DNA of 64,000 nt, taken from assembly GCA_050253535.1 (NCBI GenBank), contig JBFWIW010000005.1, positions 837 to 64,836 on the forward strand, read 5' to 3'. The notes beneath the pieces were generated by a model. The model ran no database searches. It saw only the letters and a program-made list of their open reading frames with translations, and had not been told where the DNA came from. The position numbers were made by a program, and so were the translations under genes. This stretch comes from Oscillospiraceae bacterium. GTDB lineage: Bacteria > Bacillota > Clostridia > Oscillospirales > Oscillospiraceae. How positions within the stretch are numbered: the first letter of the stretch is position 1; the number at the start of each line of letters is the position of its first letter. Shown here one piece after another: positions 36,232-46,310 of the stretch.

Positions 36232-36462
36232 CTATTCTGCCTGTATTGAGCCCTCCGGCACAGCGTTGTCTTGCGCCGCTTCTTCAGAGAGCCAAGGCAC
36301 GTCGAGATAAAGTCCGTCGGAGGTATAGACTATATATTTTTTGAAACCAAAGAAAACGCATATGGCGAGAGTGATAAGAAGGCAAATGAGCCCGAGGAGG
36401 GAGAGCAAGATTATCTTGACCGGTTTTCGCTTCCTATACACTTTTTTGCCGACATATGCCAT
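36232..36462 (-). CDS. Small single-pass membrane protein (76 aa), hypothetical
   Basis: AAAGGAGG 6 nt before the ATG. Basic N-terminus, one TM helix (IILLSLLGLICLLITLAICVFFGF). Co-transcribed with rpiB. Confidence 0.65.
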   Translation of the reverse strand: MAYVGKKVYRKRKPVKIILLSLLGLICLLITLAICVFFGFKKYIVYTSDGLYLDVPWLSEEAAQDNAVPEGSIQAE

Positions 36463-36474
36463 GGCGCGCCTCCT

Positions 36475-36918
36475 TTAGTTCTTTTTCTCCAAATCCATCA
36501 TAAGACCTATGCGGGTTGCATGCCTGCCGCCCTCAAATTCAGTGGAGAGAAAGGTGTCGACAATTTTAAGGGCAAGACCCGCGCCGATGACGCGAGCTCC
36601 AAATGCGAGTATGTTTGCGTCGTTGTGCTTGCGGCACATTTCGGCCGAGAAGCAGTCGGAACAAAGAGCTGCGCGAACGCCGTTTATCTTGTTTGCGGAG
36701 ATGGAAATTCCGATGCCGGTGCCGCAGATAAGAATACCTTTACCGCATTCCCCGGAGACGACAGCCCTTGCGGCGGGTTCCGCGTAATCCGGATAATTGC
36801 AGCTTTTATTGGAATATGTTCCGAAATCGATGTATTCAATGCCAAGTGTGTCGAGATGTTTCTTTACTTCCTGCATCAGGTCGTATCCGCCGTGATCACA
36901 GCCAAGCGCCAGCTTCAT
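36475..36918 (-). CDS. rpiB: Ribose-5-phosphate isomerase B
   Basis: 147-aa ORF: MKLALGCDHGG..., ILICGTGIGISISANK. Confidence 0.9.
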   Translation of the reverse strand: MKLALGCDHGGYDLMQEVKKHLDTLGIEYIDFGTYSNKSCNYPDYAEPAARAVVSGECGKGILICGTGIGISISANKINGVRAALCSDCFSAEMCRKHNDANILAFGARVIGAGLALKIVDTFLSTEFEGGRHATRIGLMMDLEKKN

Positions 36919-37016
36919 TTTTACAGGTCCTTTCCGGTTTTAATATGATATGAGAATTATTGTATGCCTCAAGGCGCGGTAAAATTTATAAATATTATAC
37001 CTTATAATGGGATTTA

Positions 37017-37853
37017 TCAATACATCGTCAGTTTGCGGAGCCGTATGAATTCGCGCCTGCGGTTTTTAAAGGTGGTGACGAAACGGAAGCCCGCCTCTTC
37101 AAGAAGTTCATAGGCCTCTTTTATGCCGGTTCCTACCGCATCGGCTGTGTGCGCGTCTGAGCCGACTGTGACAACCTCGCCGCCGCACTCGCGATAGAGC
37201 TTTAACAGAGGCAGGGAAGGTATTGTCGAATGAAGTTTATCCCGCAGGCCGGATGTGTTTATCTCTATGCCGATGCCGTTTCGGGCGATGAGGTGAAAGA
37301 GATCTTTTATCCTGTCGGTGAAATCAAGCATGTCCACTGTATAACCCTGTCTTATCATATAGCGGTTTGTGTAACCGAAGTGGCCGAGAACGTCGCAGCA
37401 GCCTGAATGCGCTACCTCAAAACACTCGCCGATATATTTGTCAAAGAGCTCGCGGCACATTTCATCGCTGTCATACTTGAGAAAGTAGAAATCATTCATA
37501 TCTCGCAGATTGTGAACGGAACCTATAACAAAGTCGAGGCAATCCATGGATGCGATACGCTCAGCATCCTCAAGATGGTGGTTAATTGCCGACAGTTCAA
37601 CGCCAAAGCGGAGATTCAGCCGCCCGTCCATAGTAGCTTTAACACTATCGAAGCACGCGCGCATTTCATCCCATCTACTGAAGGCGTGGGGATCGTAAAA
37701 AACCCCCTCCGGCTTGCAGTATTCAATGTCCACATGGTCGGTAAAACATATTTGCGACATCCCTCTTTTCACCGCAGCCTCGGCCATTTCGGCCATGGAC
37801 ACATGTGCGTCGGGAGAGAACTCAGTATGCACATGATAGTCTGCCAGAAACAC
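37017..37853 (-). CDS. PHP-family histidinol-phosphatase (HisJ/HisK type)
   Basis: 278-aa ORF with N-terminal DYHVHTEFSPDA and later H/D metal ligands. Confidence 0.8.
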   Translation of the reverse strand: MFLADYHVHTEFSPDAHVSMAEMAEAAVKRGMSQICFTDHVDIEYCKPEGVFYDPHAFSRWDEMRACFDSVKATMDGRLNLRFGVELSAINHHLEDAERIASMDCLDFVIGSVHNLRDMNDFYFLKYDSDEMCRELFDKYIGECFEVAHSGCCDVLGHFGYTNRYMIRQGYTVDMLDFTDRIKDLFHLIARNGIGIEINTSGLRDKLHSTIPSLPLLKLYRECGGEVVTVGSDAHTADAVGTGIKEAYELLEEAGFRFVTTFKNRRREFIRLRKLTMY

Positions 37854-38081
37854 TGTAAGATCACTCCAAGAATTTTTTTGGGCAGTTTATTTCGACGTCG
37901 CTCAGGTCGCCGGGACGATTAAGCGTAAAAAGCACTTGTAGAATAATATCAGGATGAGGCTAAAAAGTAAACGATTTTCCTTTGATTTATTTATTTTTGT
38001 TGTTATTGCAGTAAAAAGGGTGTATAAAAACAGTTTTTTTGCACGGACTGAAAGTCTCGGGCCATCTAAAAGAACAGCTTT

Positions 38082-38567
38082 TTAAGAACTGACGACATCG
38101 GCGGTTAAGCCATTCGTCAGGAAAATGAGATCGTTCGGTGCGAGTTCAATCTGATATCCTATCTTTCCGGCTGAGACGATAACGGTTTCCAGAAGTATGA
38201 TCTCCTCCTCATAGACTGTAGTGAATTGCTTTTTCATACCGACGGGGCTGCATCCGCCGTGCACATACCCGGTGAGGGGCAGAAGTTCCGCCTGCTTTAT
38301 CATCACGATGGACTTTTCACCGACGGTTTTTGCCGCTTTCTTGAGGTCGAGTTCCGCATCGACGGGAATGACGAATATGTAATTGGATTTTGAAGCGCCT
38401 TTCGTCACAAGGGTCTTGTATATCATATATGGAGGGACGCCTAAAAGCCCGGCGACGGCGACGCCGGAAATAGCACCGCTCTCATGCGAATATTCGTGTG
38501 CCGTGTAGGCTATGTCACTATGTTCCAGTATGCGCATAACGTTTGTCTTGTAATCTGTCTTTGACAT
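38082..38567 (-). CDS. ybaK: Cys-tRNA(Pro)/Cys-tRNA(Cys) deacylase YbaK
   Basis: Trimmed to ATG 38567 (MSKTDYKTNVMRILEHSDIAYTAHEY...). YbaK/EbsC-like length and sequence. Confidence 0.8.
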   Translation of the reverse strand: MSKTDYKTNVMRILEHSDIAYTAHEYSHESGAISGVAVAGLLGVPPYMIYKTLVTKGASKSNYIFVIPVDAELDLKKAAKTVGEKSIVMIKQAELLPLTGYVHGGCSPVGMKKQFTTVYEEEIILLETVIVSAGKIGYQIELAPNDLIFLTNGLTADVVSS

Positions 38568-38595
38568 AAAATTTCCTCTTGCATTAACGCAGGCA

Positions 38596-38615
38596 GCCGC
38601 AGGGTTACCTGCGGC
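38596..38615 (-). terminator. Hairpin after dnaJ (weak terminator candidate)
   Basis: GCCGCAGG-gtta-CCTGCGGC, but no clear U-tract on the minus strand. Confidence 0.35.
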
Positions 38616-38622
38616 TCCGGCA

Positions 38623-39759
38623 TTATTTCTTCTTTTTTCCCTTTTCGAAAAATCGAGGAGGCTTTGCGGAGGCTCCGCCATCCATTGAGTCGTCAAATTT
38701 ACGGAGGAGCTCCTTCTGTTCGCTTGTGAGGTTTCGTGGTATATTGACGGTTACAGTGACGTACTGGTCTCCGCGCCCGCTCCCATGCAGGTGGGGGATG
38801 CCCTTACCTCGAAGGCGGAAAACTGTACCGGATTGGGTACCTTCCGGAATAGAATACTTGACTTTTCCGTCAAGAGTGGGGACTTCAACTTCGCTGCCTA
38901 GTATCGCCTGGCCGACGGTTATGGGCATTTCATAGAGAACAGATGTCCCTTCTCTTGTGAAAAGGGGATGGGCACGCACCGAGATGTTTATGAGAAGGTC
39001 GCCGGCAGGGCCACCGTTTAATCCGGCGCTACCCTGCCCTCGCAGGGATATGGTCTGCCCGTCGTCTATACCCTCGGGAATACTGACGCTTATGTTTTTC
39101 TGGCGGCGCACAAAACCGGCGCCATTACACGTTTTGCAGGGCTTAAGTATTATCTTGCCTCGGCCCGAGCAGCGCGGGCACTCCGCAGAGGTCTGCATAA
39201 CGCCGAACGGTGTGCGCTGCTGGGTGCGGACTGTACCTGCACCTCCGCAATTTGAACATGTTTCCGCCGTTGTCCCAGGTTCGCAGCCGGAGCCGGAACA
39301 GGTATCGCAACGTTCTATGCGCGAGACGCTGACAGACTTTTCACAGCCGAAAGCAGCCTCTTCAAAGGAGATGGCAATACCGGCGCGGATAGTTTCACCG
39401 CGCCTGGGGGCGTTCCTGTTTTTTGAAGTGCTTCCGCCGAAACCACCGCCGAAAATAGATCCGAAGATATCGCCAAGGTCGAAGTCCATCCCGCCGAAGC
39501 CGCCGCCGAAGCCGCCTGCCCCGAAATTGGGGTCCACGCCGGAATGGCCGAATTGGTCATATTTCGACTTTTTGTCGGCGTCGGAGAGAACTTCATACGC
39601 CTCGTTTACTTCTTTGAAGCGTGCCTCTGCGCCCTTGTCGTCAGGATGCAGATCAGGATGGTGCTCCTTGGCCAGCTTGCGGTATGCTTTTTTGATATCG
39701 GCTTCTGAGGCGTCCTTTGAGAGCCCGAGCACTTCGTAGTAATCTCTTTTATCTGCCAT
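38623..39759 (-). CDS. dnaJ: Molecular chaperone DnaJ
   Basis: Trimmed to ATG 39759 ([12 protein letters not shown]...). J-domain HPD, a G/F region and four CxxCxGxG repeats. Confidence 0.95.
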   Translation of the reverse strand: MADKRDYYEVLGLSKDASEADIKKAYRKLAKEHHPDLHPDDKGAEARFKEVNEAYEVLSDADKKSKYDQFGHSGVDPNFGAGGFGGGFGGMDFDLGDIFGSIFGGGFGGSTSKNRNAPRRGETIRAGIAISFEEAAFGCEKSVSVSRIERCDTCSGSGCEPGTTAETCSNCGGAGTVRTQQRTPFGVMQTSAECPRCSGRGKIILKPCKTCNGAGFVRRQKNISVSIPEGIDDGQTISLRGQGSAGLNGGPAGDLLINISVRAHPLFTREGTSVLYEMPITVGQAILGSEVEVPTLDGKVKYSIPEGTQSGTVFRLRGKGIPHLHGSGRGDQYVTVTVNIPRNLTSEQKELLRKFDDSMDGGASAKPPRFFEKGKKKK

Positions 39760-39929
39760 AGAATCACCTGTACATTTCATGGCTCCCCCCTGCCTGGAGG
39801 GAGGAGCCAAAATTATGGGATATTACCCGCAAGGCAGGTAAAATATTTTAAATTGAGTCCTTTTATCGCTGTTGAAATGGTAACAGAAAAAGCCGACTCA
39901 TTATCTTATGAATTCCATTTAAGGGATAA

Positions 39930-41795
39930 TTATTTGTCTTTGTCGTCGTCAACAACTTTGTAATCCGCGTCATAGTATTCGCCGCCGCCCGGGTTCTGGC
40001 CTCCGGGATTCTGACCATCGACGTTGGGGTCATAGCCGGCGCCGCCCTGCGCGCCGTTCGGGTTTGCCTGCTGATAGAGCTTTTCGGAGACCGCGTAGAA
40101 TGCTTTCTGCAGATCTTCGGTAGCGGCCTTAATGGCGTCGATGTCAGTGCCGGAGAGAGCCGATTTGACCTTGGAGACAGCACTCTCGACGGAGGATTTA
40201 TCCGCTGAATCTATCTTGTCACCCATTTCTGACAGAGCTTTCTCACTTTGATAGACCATCTGGTCCGCCTGATTGCGAACGTCGATCTCTTCCTTGCGCT
40301 TTGAGTCCTCTTGAGCATACTTCTCCGCTTCGCGGACCGCCTTTTCGATATCGTCCTTGGAGAGGTTAGTCGAGGAGGTGATTGTTATATGCTGTTCTTT
40401 GCCGGTTCCGAGATCCTTTGCCGAGACGTTCACGATACCGTTTGCGTCAATGTCGAAGGTGACCTCTATCTGCGGTACGCCGCGGCGCGCAGGGGCAATA
40501 CCGTCCAGATGGAAACGGCCGAGGGACTTGTTGTATACGGCCATCTCTCGCTCACCCTGCAGGACGTTCACCTCAACAGACGTCTGGTTGTCGGCCGCGG
40601 TGGAGAAAACCTGGCTCTTTTTGCTTGGAATTGTGGTGTTTCTCTCTATGAGTTTTGTGAATACGCCGCCCAAAGTCTCAATACCGAGTGAGAGCGGGGT
40701 GACGTCAAGAAGGAGGATACCCTCGACATCACCGCCGAGAACGCCACCCTGAATGGCCGCGCCGACAGCGACGCACTCGTCAGGATTTATGCCCTTGAAG
40801 GGGTCTTTACCGGTTATCTTTTTAACTGCGTCCTGAACGGCGGGGATACGAGTGGATCCGCCGACAAGCAGCACCTTTGAAAGCTGGGAAGCGTTCAGAC
40901 CTGAATCTGAGAGTGCCTGATTGACAGGACCCATAGTTTTTTCCACCAGATGGTTCGTAAGCTCGTTGAATTTAGCTTTCGTGAGGGTCACGTCCAGGTG
41001 CTTCGGCCCGGTCGCATCGGCGGTGATATACGGCAGATTTATGTTGGTGCTTGTGACGCCGGAGAGCTCAATCTTTGCCTTCTCTGCGGCCTCGCGCAGC
41101 CTCTGCATGGCAACCCTGTCGCCGGAGAGGTCGACGCCCGAACTGCGCTTGAATTCTTTTACGAGATAGTTCATTACGCAATCGTCAAAATCATCGCCTC
41201 CAAGGCGGGTGTCGCCCGCGGTCGCGAGGACTTCGATGACACCGTCGCCGATCTCAAGGATGGAAACGTCGAACGTACCGCCGCCGAGGTCGTAAACCAT
41301 GATCTTCTGGTCAGACTCCTTGTCTAGTCCGTAAGCAAGAGCCGCCGCGGTTGGCTCGTTAATGATTCGTTTTACATCAAGACCGGCAATTTTGCCGGCG
41401 TCCTTTGTCGCCTGGCGCTGGGAGTCGTTAAAATATGCGGGAACAGTAATGACGGCCTCGGTGACAGTGGTTCCGAGATAGCTCTCCGCGTCGGCCTTGA
41501 GCTTCTGCAGGATCATTGCCGAAATCTCCTGAGGTGTGTAATTTTTCGAGTCAATGGACACCTTATAGGCGGAGCCCATCTCACGTTTTATTGAAGAGAT
41601 TGTGCGGTCGGGATTTGTGATGGCCTGACGTTTTGCAACCTGGCCGACCATTCGCTCGCCGTCTTTAGAAAACGCCACTACTGACGGGGTTGTTCTGGCG
41701 CCCTCGGCATTTGCTATGACCACGGGCTCACCGCCCTCAATAACAGCTACGCAGGAATTTGTAGTACCGAGATCGATACCAATAATTTTACCCAT
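39930..41795 (-). CDS. dnaK: Molecular chaperone DnaK
   Basis: Trimmed to ATG 41795 ([14 protein letters not shown]...) after GGAGG. Hsp70 signatures throughout. Confidence 0.97.
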   Translation of the reverse strand: MGKIIGIDLGTTNSCVAVIEGGEPVVIANAEGARTTPSVVAFSKDGERMVGQVAKRQAITNPDRTISSIKREMGSAYKVSIDSKNYTPQEISAMILQKLKADAESYLGTTVTEAVITVPAYFNDSQRQATKDAGKIAGLDVKRIINEPTAAALAYGLDKESDQKIMVYDLGGGTFDVSILEIGDGVIEVLATAGDTRLGGDDFDDCVMNYLVKEFKRSSGVDLSGDRVAMQRLREAAEKAKIELSGVTSTNINLPYITADATGPKHLDVTLTKAKFNELTNHLVEKTMGPVNQALSDSGLNASQLSKVLLVGGSTRIPAVQDAVKKITGKDPFKGINPDECVAVGAAIQGGVLGGDVEGILLLDVTPLSLGIETLGGVFTKLIERNTTIPSKKSQVFSTAADNQTSVEVNVLQGEREMAVYNKSLGRFHLDGIAPARRGVPQIEVTFDIDANGIVNVSAKDLGTGKEQHITITSSTNLSKDDIEKAVREAEKYAQEDSKRKEEIDVRNQADQMVYQSEKALSEMGDKIDSADKSSVESAVSKVKSALSGTDIDAIKAATEDLQKAFYAVSEKLYQQANPNGAQGGAGYDPNVDGQNPGGQNPGGGEYYDADYKVVDDDKDK

Positions 41796-41855
41796 GATAT
41801 ATACCTCCAAACTTTAATTTGTTGTCAATCTGTTGTGTAGACCTTATATATAAAA

Positions 41856-42431
41856 TTAATTTGCTACCTTGACCAAACTGCACCGGATGATTTTGTCACC
41901 GAGCATGAAGCCCTTTTCAAATTCCTCGACGATAATATTTTCTCCGCAATTTTCGTCCTCAATGTGCATGACCGCATTGTGCTTCTGCGGATCGAAAATT
42001 TCCCCTTCTGCTGGGATCTCTGTGACGCCGAATTTAGATAGTATCTCCTGAAGTTGGGTCATCGTCATTTCGACGCCTTTTTTAAACGCCGTGTCCGTCG
42101 TCTCATGTCGGAGAGCCCTTGCAAGATTATCATAGACGGGCAGCATTCTGAATATCGTCTCGCCCCGGATATCGGTAAATAATGCCTCGCGCTCTTTTTG
42201 GCTGCGCTTTCTGAAGTTGTCGTATTCGGCGGCGAGCCGTAGATAACGGTCATGTTCGGCTTTAAACTCATCTTCAAAGGACGGCTTATCGGGTACGGAA
42301 GCTTCCACTTTTCCTCCGGAGGCCTCTGCCGCTGGGATTTCCGCATCATTCAGCACTTCGGCTGCCTCAGCCGCCGCTTTCTTTTCTGCGGGATTTTCAT
42401 TTATTGGTTTATCATTTTTCTTTGTTGCCAA
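41856..42431 (-). CDS. grpE: Nucleotide exchange factor GrpE
   Basis: 191-aa ORF with the RLAAEYDNFRKR motif. TTG start after AGGAG. Confidence 0.9.
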   Translation of the reverse strand: MATKKNDKPINENPAEKKAAAEAAEVLNDAEIPAAEASGGKVEASVPDKPSFEDEFKAEHDRYLRLAAEYDNFRKRSQKEREALFTDIRGETIFRMLPVYDNLARALRHETTDTAFKKGVEMTMTQLQEILSKFGVTEIPAEGEIFDPQKHNAVMHIEDENCGENIIVEEFEKGFMLGDKIIRCSLVKVAN

Positions 42432-42454
42432 TTATTTCATCTCCTGTAATAGAG

Positions 42455-43522
42455 CTAGTGCTCCTTATCGCTGCCGCCTAATTTCGGGGGCGGTATATCC
42501 CTGCCGGAAAGCAGCCAACCAAGTCCTCTTGCTATATATGAGAGCCGCGCAGCGACTCTGGAGTAGTTCATCCGCGTGGGGCCTACCACTCCGATGAGGC
42601 CCTGCATACTGTCTCCCGCGTTATATCTCGCGACGACTAAGCTGGAATCCTTGAGCTCATCCGCAAGATTTTCGGGGCCTATAGTTATTTTAAGATCGCT
42701 CTCCTCCTCCGGAGTGGGGAGCTTTAAAAGCTCGCTTTCATCAGAAAGATAATCAAGTATACGGTGCGCCTTTGACACGTCTCGGAATTCCGGATACTGC
42801 AGAAACTGTGACGCCCCGGTGAGATATGCCTCGCTGTTTTTCATCTCGCCTAAAACTTCTATCGCAAAGCTGGCTATGACGGCGACAAGGCCGACAGTAT
42901 CCCGGGTTGCTCGCTCTATAGCGTCAATAAGCTTCGGCGTTATTTTATCGTCCGTTATTCCGGTAAAACTTGCGTTAAATACTGTGGAAAGTTTTATAAG
43001 CATATCCTGATCGATGGATCCGGGTATATGGACAAGCTTGTTCTTTACGGAGTGGTTGGAGAGCATGACGACTATAATGAAGGTGTTGGGCTCGACACAT
43101 ATCAGGTCGAAGCGGGATATGGTCACCTGCTGCGCGACGGTTGCAAGCGCGTAAGCCGGATAGTTCGTAAGCCGGGAGGTAAGCCTGCCCGCGTCGGTAA
43201 TTATCCTGTCAAGCTGCTGCATACGCTGACGCAGTCCGCGGTTAATCTCCTCTGTCTCCTCAAGGGAGAGCTTGTGGCGGCGCATTAACTCATTCACATA
43301 GATTCGGTAACCCTGCGGCGATGGAATGCGCCCTGCGGAGGTATGGGGTTTTTCAAGAAAGCCCATGGCCTCAAGCTCGGACATCTCGTTTCTGATGGTG
43401 GCCGAGGAGAGACCGAGACCCGCATCCTGAGCTATGGACTTTGAACCAACGGGCTCGGCGGTCTCAATATAATCGTCGATTATGGCTCTCAGTATTGTCT
43501 TTTTACGTTCACTGATATCCAT
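42455..43522 (-). CDS. hrcA: Heat-inducible transcription repressor HrcA
   Basis: Trimmed to ATG 43522 (MDISERKKTILRAIIDDY...) 6 nt after GGAG. First gene of the dnaK operon. Confidence 0.9.
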   Translation of the reverse strand: MDISERKKTILRAIIDDYIETAEPVGSKSIAQDAGLGLSSATIRNEMSELEAMGFLEKPHTSAGRIPSPQGYRIYVNELMRRHKLSLEETEEINRGLRQRMQQLDRIITDAGRLTSRLTNYPAYALATVAQQVTISRFDLICVEPNTFIIVVMLSNHSVKNKLVHIPGSIDQDMLIKLSTVFNASFTGITDDKITPKLIDAIERATRDTVGLVAVIASFAIEVLGEMKNSEAYLTGASQFLQYPEFRDVSKAHRILDYLSDESELLKLPTPEEESDLKITIGPENLADELKDSSLVVARYNAGDSMQGLIGVVGPTRMNYSRVAARLSYIARGLGWLLSGRDIPPPKLGGSDKEH

Positions 43523-43564
43523 ATGATGCTCCAAATCAATTAGCTTTAACGTAAGTTTCTGCGT

Positions 43565-43591
43565 TTAGCACTCGACTGCCTCGAGTGCTAA
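43565..43591. promoter_or_regulatory. CIRCE operator (HrcA binding site)
   Basis: TTAGCACTC-gactgcctc-GAGTGCTAA, a perfect match to the TTAGCACTC-N9-GAGTGCTAA consensus. Confidence 0.92.
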
Positions 43592-43595
43592 ACAT

Positions 43596-43624
43596 AATTT
43601 AGCACTACGGTCAGGGAATGTCAA
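43596..43624 (-). promoter_or_regulatory. hrcA operon promoter
   Basis: Minus strand reads TTGACA, 17-nt spacer, TAAATT. CIRCE begins 4 nt downstream of the -10. Confidence 0.7.
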
Positions 43625-43860
43625 GGCCTGCCAAAACGTTTTTTGTAAACAAACTGTGACAAGAAATGCGGTTTTGACTGTCCCGGTTTTGAAGTTCCAG
43701 AAAAATACGCCTTTACTTTTATATCGAAATCTTTTAAAATCGAATGAGTATGGCGTGTTATACTAAAAGCCCGCCAATGGAAAAAGTTAAGCGCTGCGTG
43801 AAAATACGCGCTTTGATGCGGCATTGTTTTGCAGCGTTATGCTTTAAGGAGGAACCCCAA

Positions 43861-45075
43861 ATGCAAAAAAGCTGTTTCCTGCCGGCGGACATATTGATCC
43901 CCAAGGCTTGCGATTTAAACATCTGGAGCGTAATAGCGTGTGACCAGTTTTCGTCCGAGAGGGAATACTGGAACAGGGTGTGCGCGAGAGCGGAGGGCAA
44001 GCCTTCTACCGTGCATATGATAATACCCGAGGCGTTTTTGGACACGGTATCGAAAGACGCTGCGGCGGAGCGAAACGCCGAAATGAGGAAATATCTCTCT
44101 TCAGGTGTTTTTAAAACCATTCCGGAATCATATGTCTATGTTGAGAGGGAGACGACGAACGGTATCCGCCGGGGCCTCGTCGGTATGATCGACCTCGATG
44201 CCTACGACTATATGCCGGACTCCGTTTCTCCCATCCGGGCGAGCGAAAAGACCGTCGTTGAGCGTCTTCCTGCGCGTATAGAGGTGAGACGTGCCGCTCC
44301 CATAGAACTGCCGCACGTCATGGTGCTCATAGACGACCCGGAAAAGACAGTGATCGAGCCGCTTACCGGGAAAAAAGACTCAATGGAGAAGCTGTACGAC
44401 TTTGATCTTATGGAGGGCGGCGGTCACATAGAAGGCTGGCGTGTGACGGATGAGGCGGCGGCGGACGTTCTCAAAGCGTTCGACTGCTTTAAGGAGAAGC
44501 CTGTACAGATTGTGGTCGGCGACGGGAATCATTCGCTGGCGGCCGCAAAGGCGTGCTGGGAGTCGATAAAAGGCGGCCTTTCCGAAAATGAACGCCAGGA
44601 TCATCCCGCGAGGTTCGCGCTGGTCGAGGCCAATAACGTTTATGATGACGGTGTGTGTTTCGAGCCTATCCATCGGGTCGTGTTTAAAACTGAGCCGGAA
44701 AAACTTTTGGCGGACCTGTGCGTCGCTTTTTCCTCCGGTCCGGGATTCGAGCTCAAAGTAACCTACAGCGGCGGACATGGCATTGTGACGATTCCTGCCG
44801 ATAGCCTTGGCGGAATGATAAAGGCCCTTCAGGATTTTCTTGAGGAATACATAGTGCGAAGCGGGGGAACAATCGACTATATTCACGATGACGAGGCGGC
44901 GGAGGCAATGGCTGCATCAATTGGCAATATTGCGTTTTTTATGCCGAAAATAGAGAAATCCGATCTCTTTTCGACAGTAGTCACAGATGGAGTATTCCCC
45001 AAAAAGAGCTTTTCCATCGGACATGCGCGTGATAAGAGGTACTATCTTGAGTGCCGTAAAATAGTGAGAGGCTGA
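43861..45075 (+). CDS. Conserved hypothetical protein (DUF1015-like)
   Basis: Trimmed to ATG 43861 after AAGGAGG. 404 aa with motifs VIACDQFSSEREYW and VVGDGNHSLAAAK. Family name is a recollection, not verified. Confidence 0.55.
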   Translation: MQKSCFLPADILIPKACDLNIWSVIACDQFSSEREYWNRVCARAEGKPSTVHMIIPEAFLDTVSKDAAAERNAEMRKYLSSGVFKTIPESYVYVERETTNGIRRGLVGMIDLDAYDYMPDSVSPIRASEKTVVERLPARIEVRRAAPIELPHVMVLIDDPEKTVIEPLTGKKDSMEKLYDFDLMEGGGHIEGWRVTDEAAADVLKAFDCFKEKPVQIVVGDGNHSLAAAKACWESIKGGLSENERQDHPARFALVEANNVYDDGVCFEPIHRVVFKTEPEKLLADLCVAFSSGPGFELKVTYSGGHGIVTIPADSLGGMIKALQDFLEEYIVRSGGTIDYIHDDEAAEAMAASIGNIAFFMPKIEKSDLFSTVVTDGVFPKKSFSIGHARDKRYYLECRKIVRG

Positions 45076-45097
45076 TTTTAAACCGGGAGGACGCGGT

Positions 45098-46261
45098 ATG
45101 AGAAAAGGATTTTTAAAACACCTCATAATTTATATACTGCTGTGGCTTCCGGCAACGCTCTATGCAAGGATAAAGTTCCGGTTTTCACCGAAAATGGCGC
45201 CAAGGATAGCGGGGCCGTTTCTGCTCGTCTCAAACCATAATTCAGCTTACGATATGCTGATGGTGGCTGCGAGCTTTTTCAGGCACATGTATTTCGTTGC
45301 GGGGGAGCATATTTTTCGCTTTGGTTTCTCGTCAAAGCTCATAGAGTGGGCGTTCGCGCCGATTTCCAAGACAAAGGGAACGACTGACAGCACCTCCGCG
45401 ATAAATGTAATCAAAACACTCAAAAAGGGACGGAATGTCTGTATCTTTGCGGAGGGAAATTGTTCGTTCAACGGTGTGACCGGCCGGCTTCACCCGACCA
45501 CTGGCAGGCTCGCAAAGATGTCGGGTGTAACGCTTGTGACATATAGGCTGGAGGGAGTCTACCTGGCAAAACCGCGCTGGAGCATCTATTTCCGGTACGG
45601 AAGGACAAGCGGCTCTGTCGTGAACGTCTATTCGCCGGAAACGCTCAGAAAAATGACCGCTGAGGAGATCGACGCTGCCATAGCAAAAGATGTTTACGAG
45701 AACGCATTTCAAAGGCAGAGGGAATACCCTGTCAGGTTCAGAGGCAGGGCACTTGCCGAAAAGCTCGAGGAGGCTTTATATATCTGCCCGGCGTGCGGCG
45801 GTCTTGCTACGCTGAGCAGCCGGGAAAATGAATTTTCCTGTACTTGCGGTTTTTCGGTAAGGTACGGCGAATACGGCTTTTTCAATAAAGGCGCTCCGTT
45901 TGAGACGGTTTATGACTGGGACAGGTGGCAGGGTGAAAAGCTGCGTGAGGTATCAGACGCGTATGGAGAAGGGGCGGTGTTCACGGACGGCGGACAGATG
46001 CTCTATTCTATAAGCTCCGACCACTCAGAAGAGCTGGCCGCCGAAGGAAAGCTCACCATGTACAACGACCGCATAGAGATAGGGGATTTTAAGGTTAGGC
46101 TCGACGATATCGCGCAGATGGCCATAGTACTCAAGCAGAACATCGTGTTCACTGCCTTAGGGAAAAATTATGAGATTCGCAGTGGGCACTATCGGAGTGG
46201 ACGCAAGTATCTGTCGCTGTTCAATTACAGAAAGAATGCCGTTTCCGCCGTAAGAAAATAA
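45098..46261 (+). CDS. PlsC-type acyltransferase with C-terminal Cys-rich extension
   Basis: HX4D motif in VSNHNSAYD, FAEGN block, then an approximately 190-aa extension with CPACGG...CTCG. Confidence 0.75.
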   Translation: MRKGFLKHLIIYILLWLPATLYARIKFRFSPKMAPRIAGPFLLVSNHNSAYDMLMVAASFFRHMYFVAGEHIFRFGFSSKLIEWAFAPISKTKGTTDSTSAINVIKTLKKGRNVCIFAEGNCSFNGVTGRLHPTTGRLAKMSGVTLVTYRLEGVYLAKPRWSIYFRYGRTSGSVVNVYSPETLRKMTAEEIDAAIAKDVYENAFQRQREYPVRFRGRALAEKLEEALYICPACGGLATLSSRENEFSCTCGFSVRYGEYGFFNKGAPFETVYDWDRWQGEKLREVSDAYGEGAVFTDGGQMLYSISSDHSEELAAEGKLTMYNDRIEIGDFKVRLDDIAQMAIVLKQNIVFTALGKNYEIRSGHYRSGRKYLSLFNYRKNAVSAVRK

Positions 46262-46310
46262 CAGCGCGCGCTTAATTCCGGCGCACGCTGTTTGTATTTC
46301 GTTTTTTAAA

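Noticed and set aside
43621-43824. 67-aa minus-strand ORF upstream of CIRCE
   Set aside because: No SD, and it overlaps the hrcA promoter region and the DUF1015-like gene's upstream region. Likely spurious.
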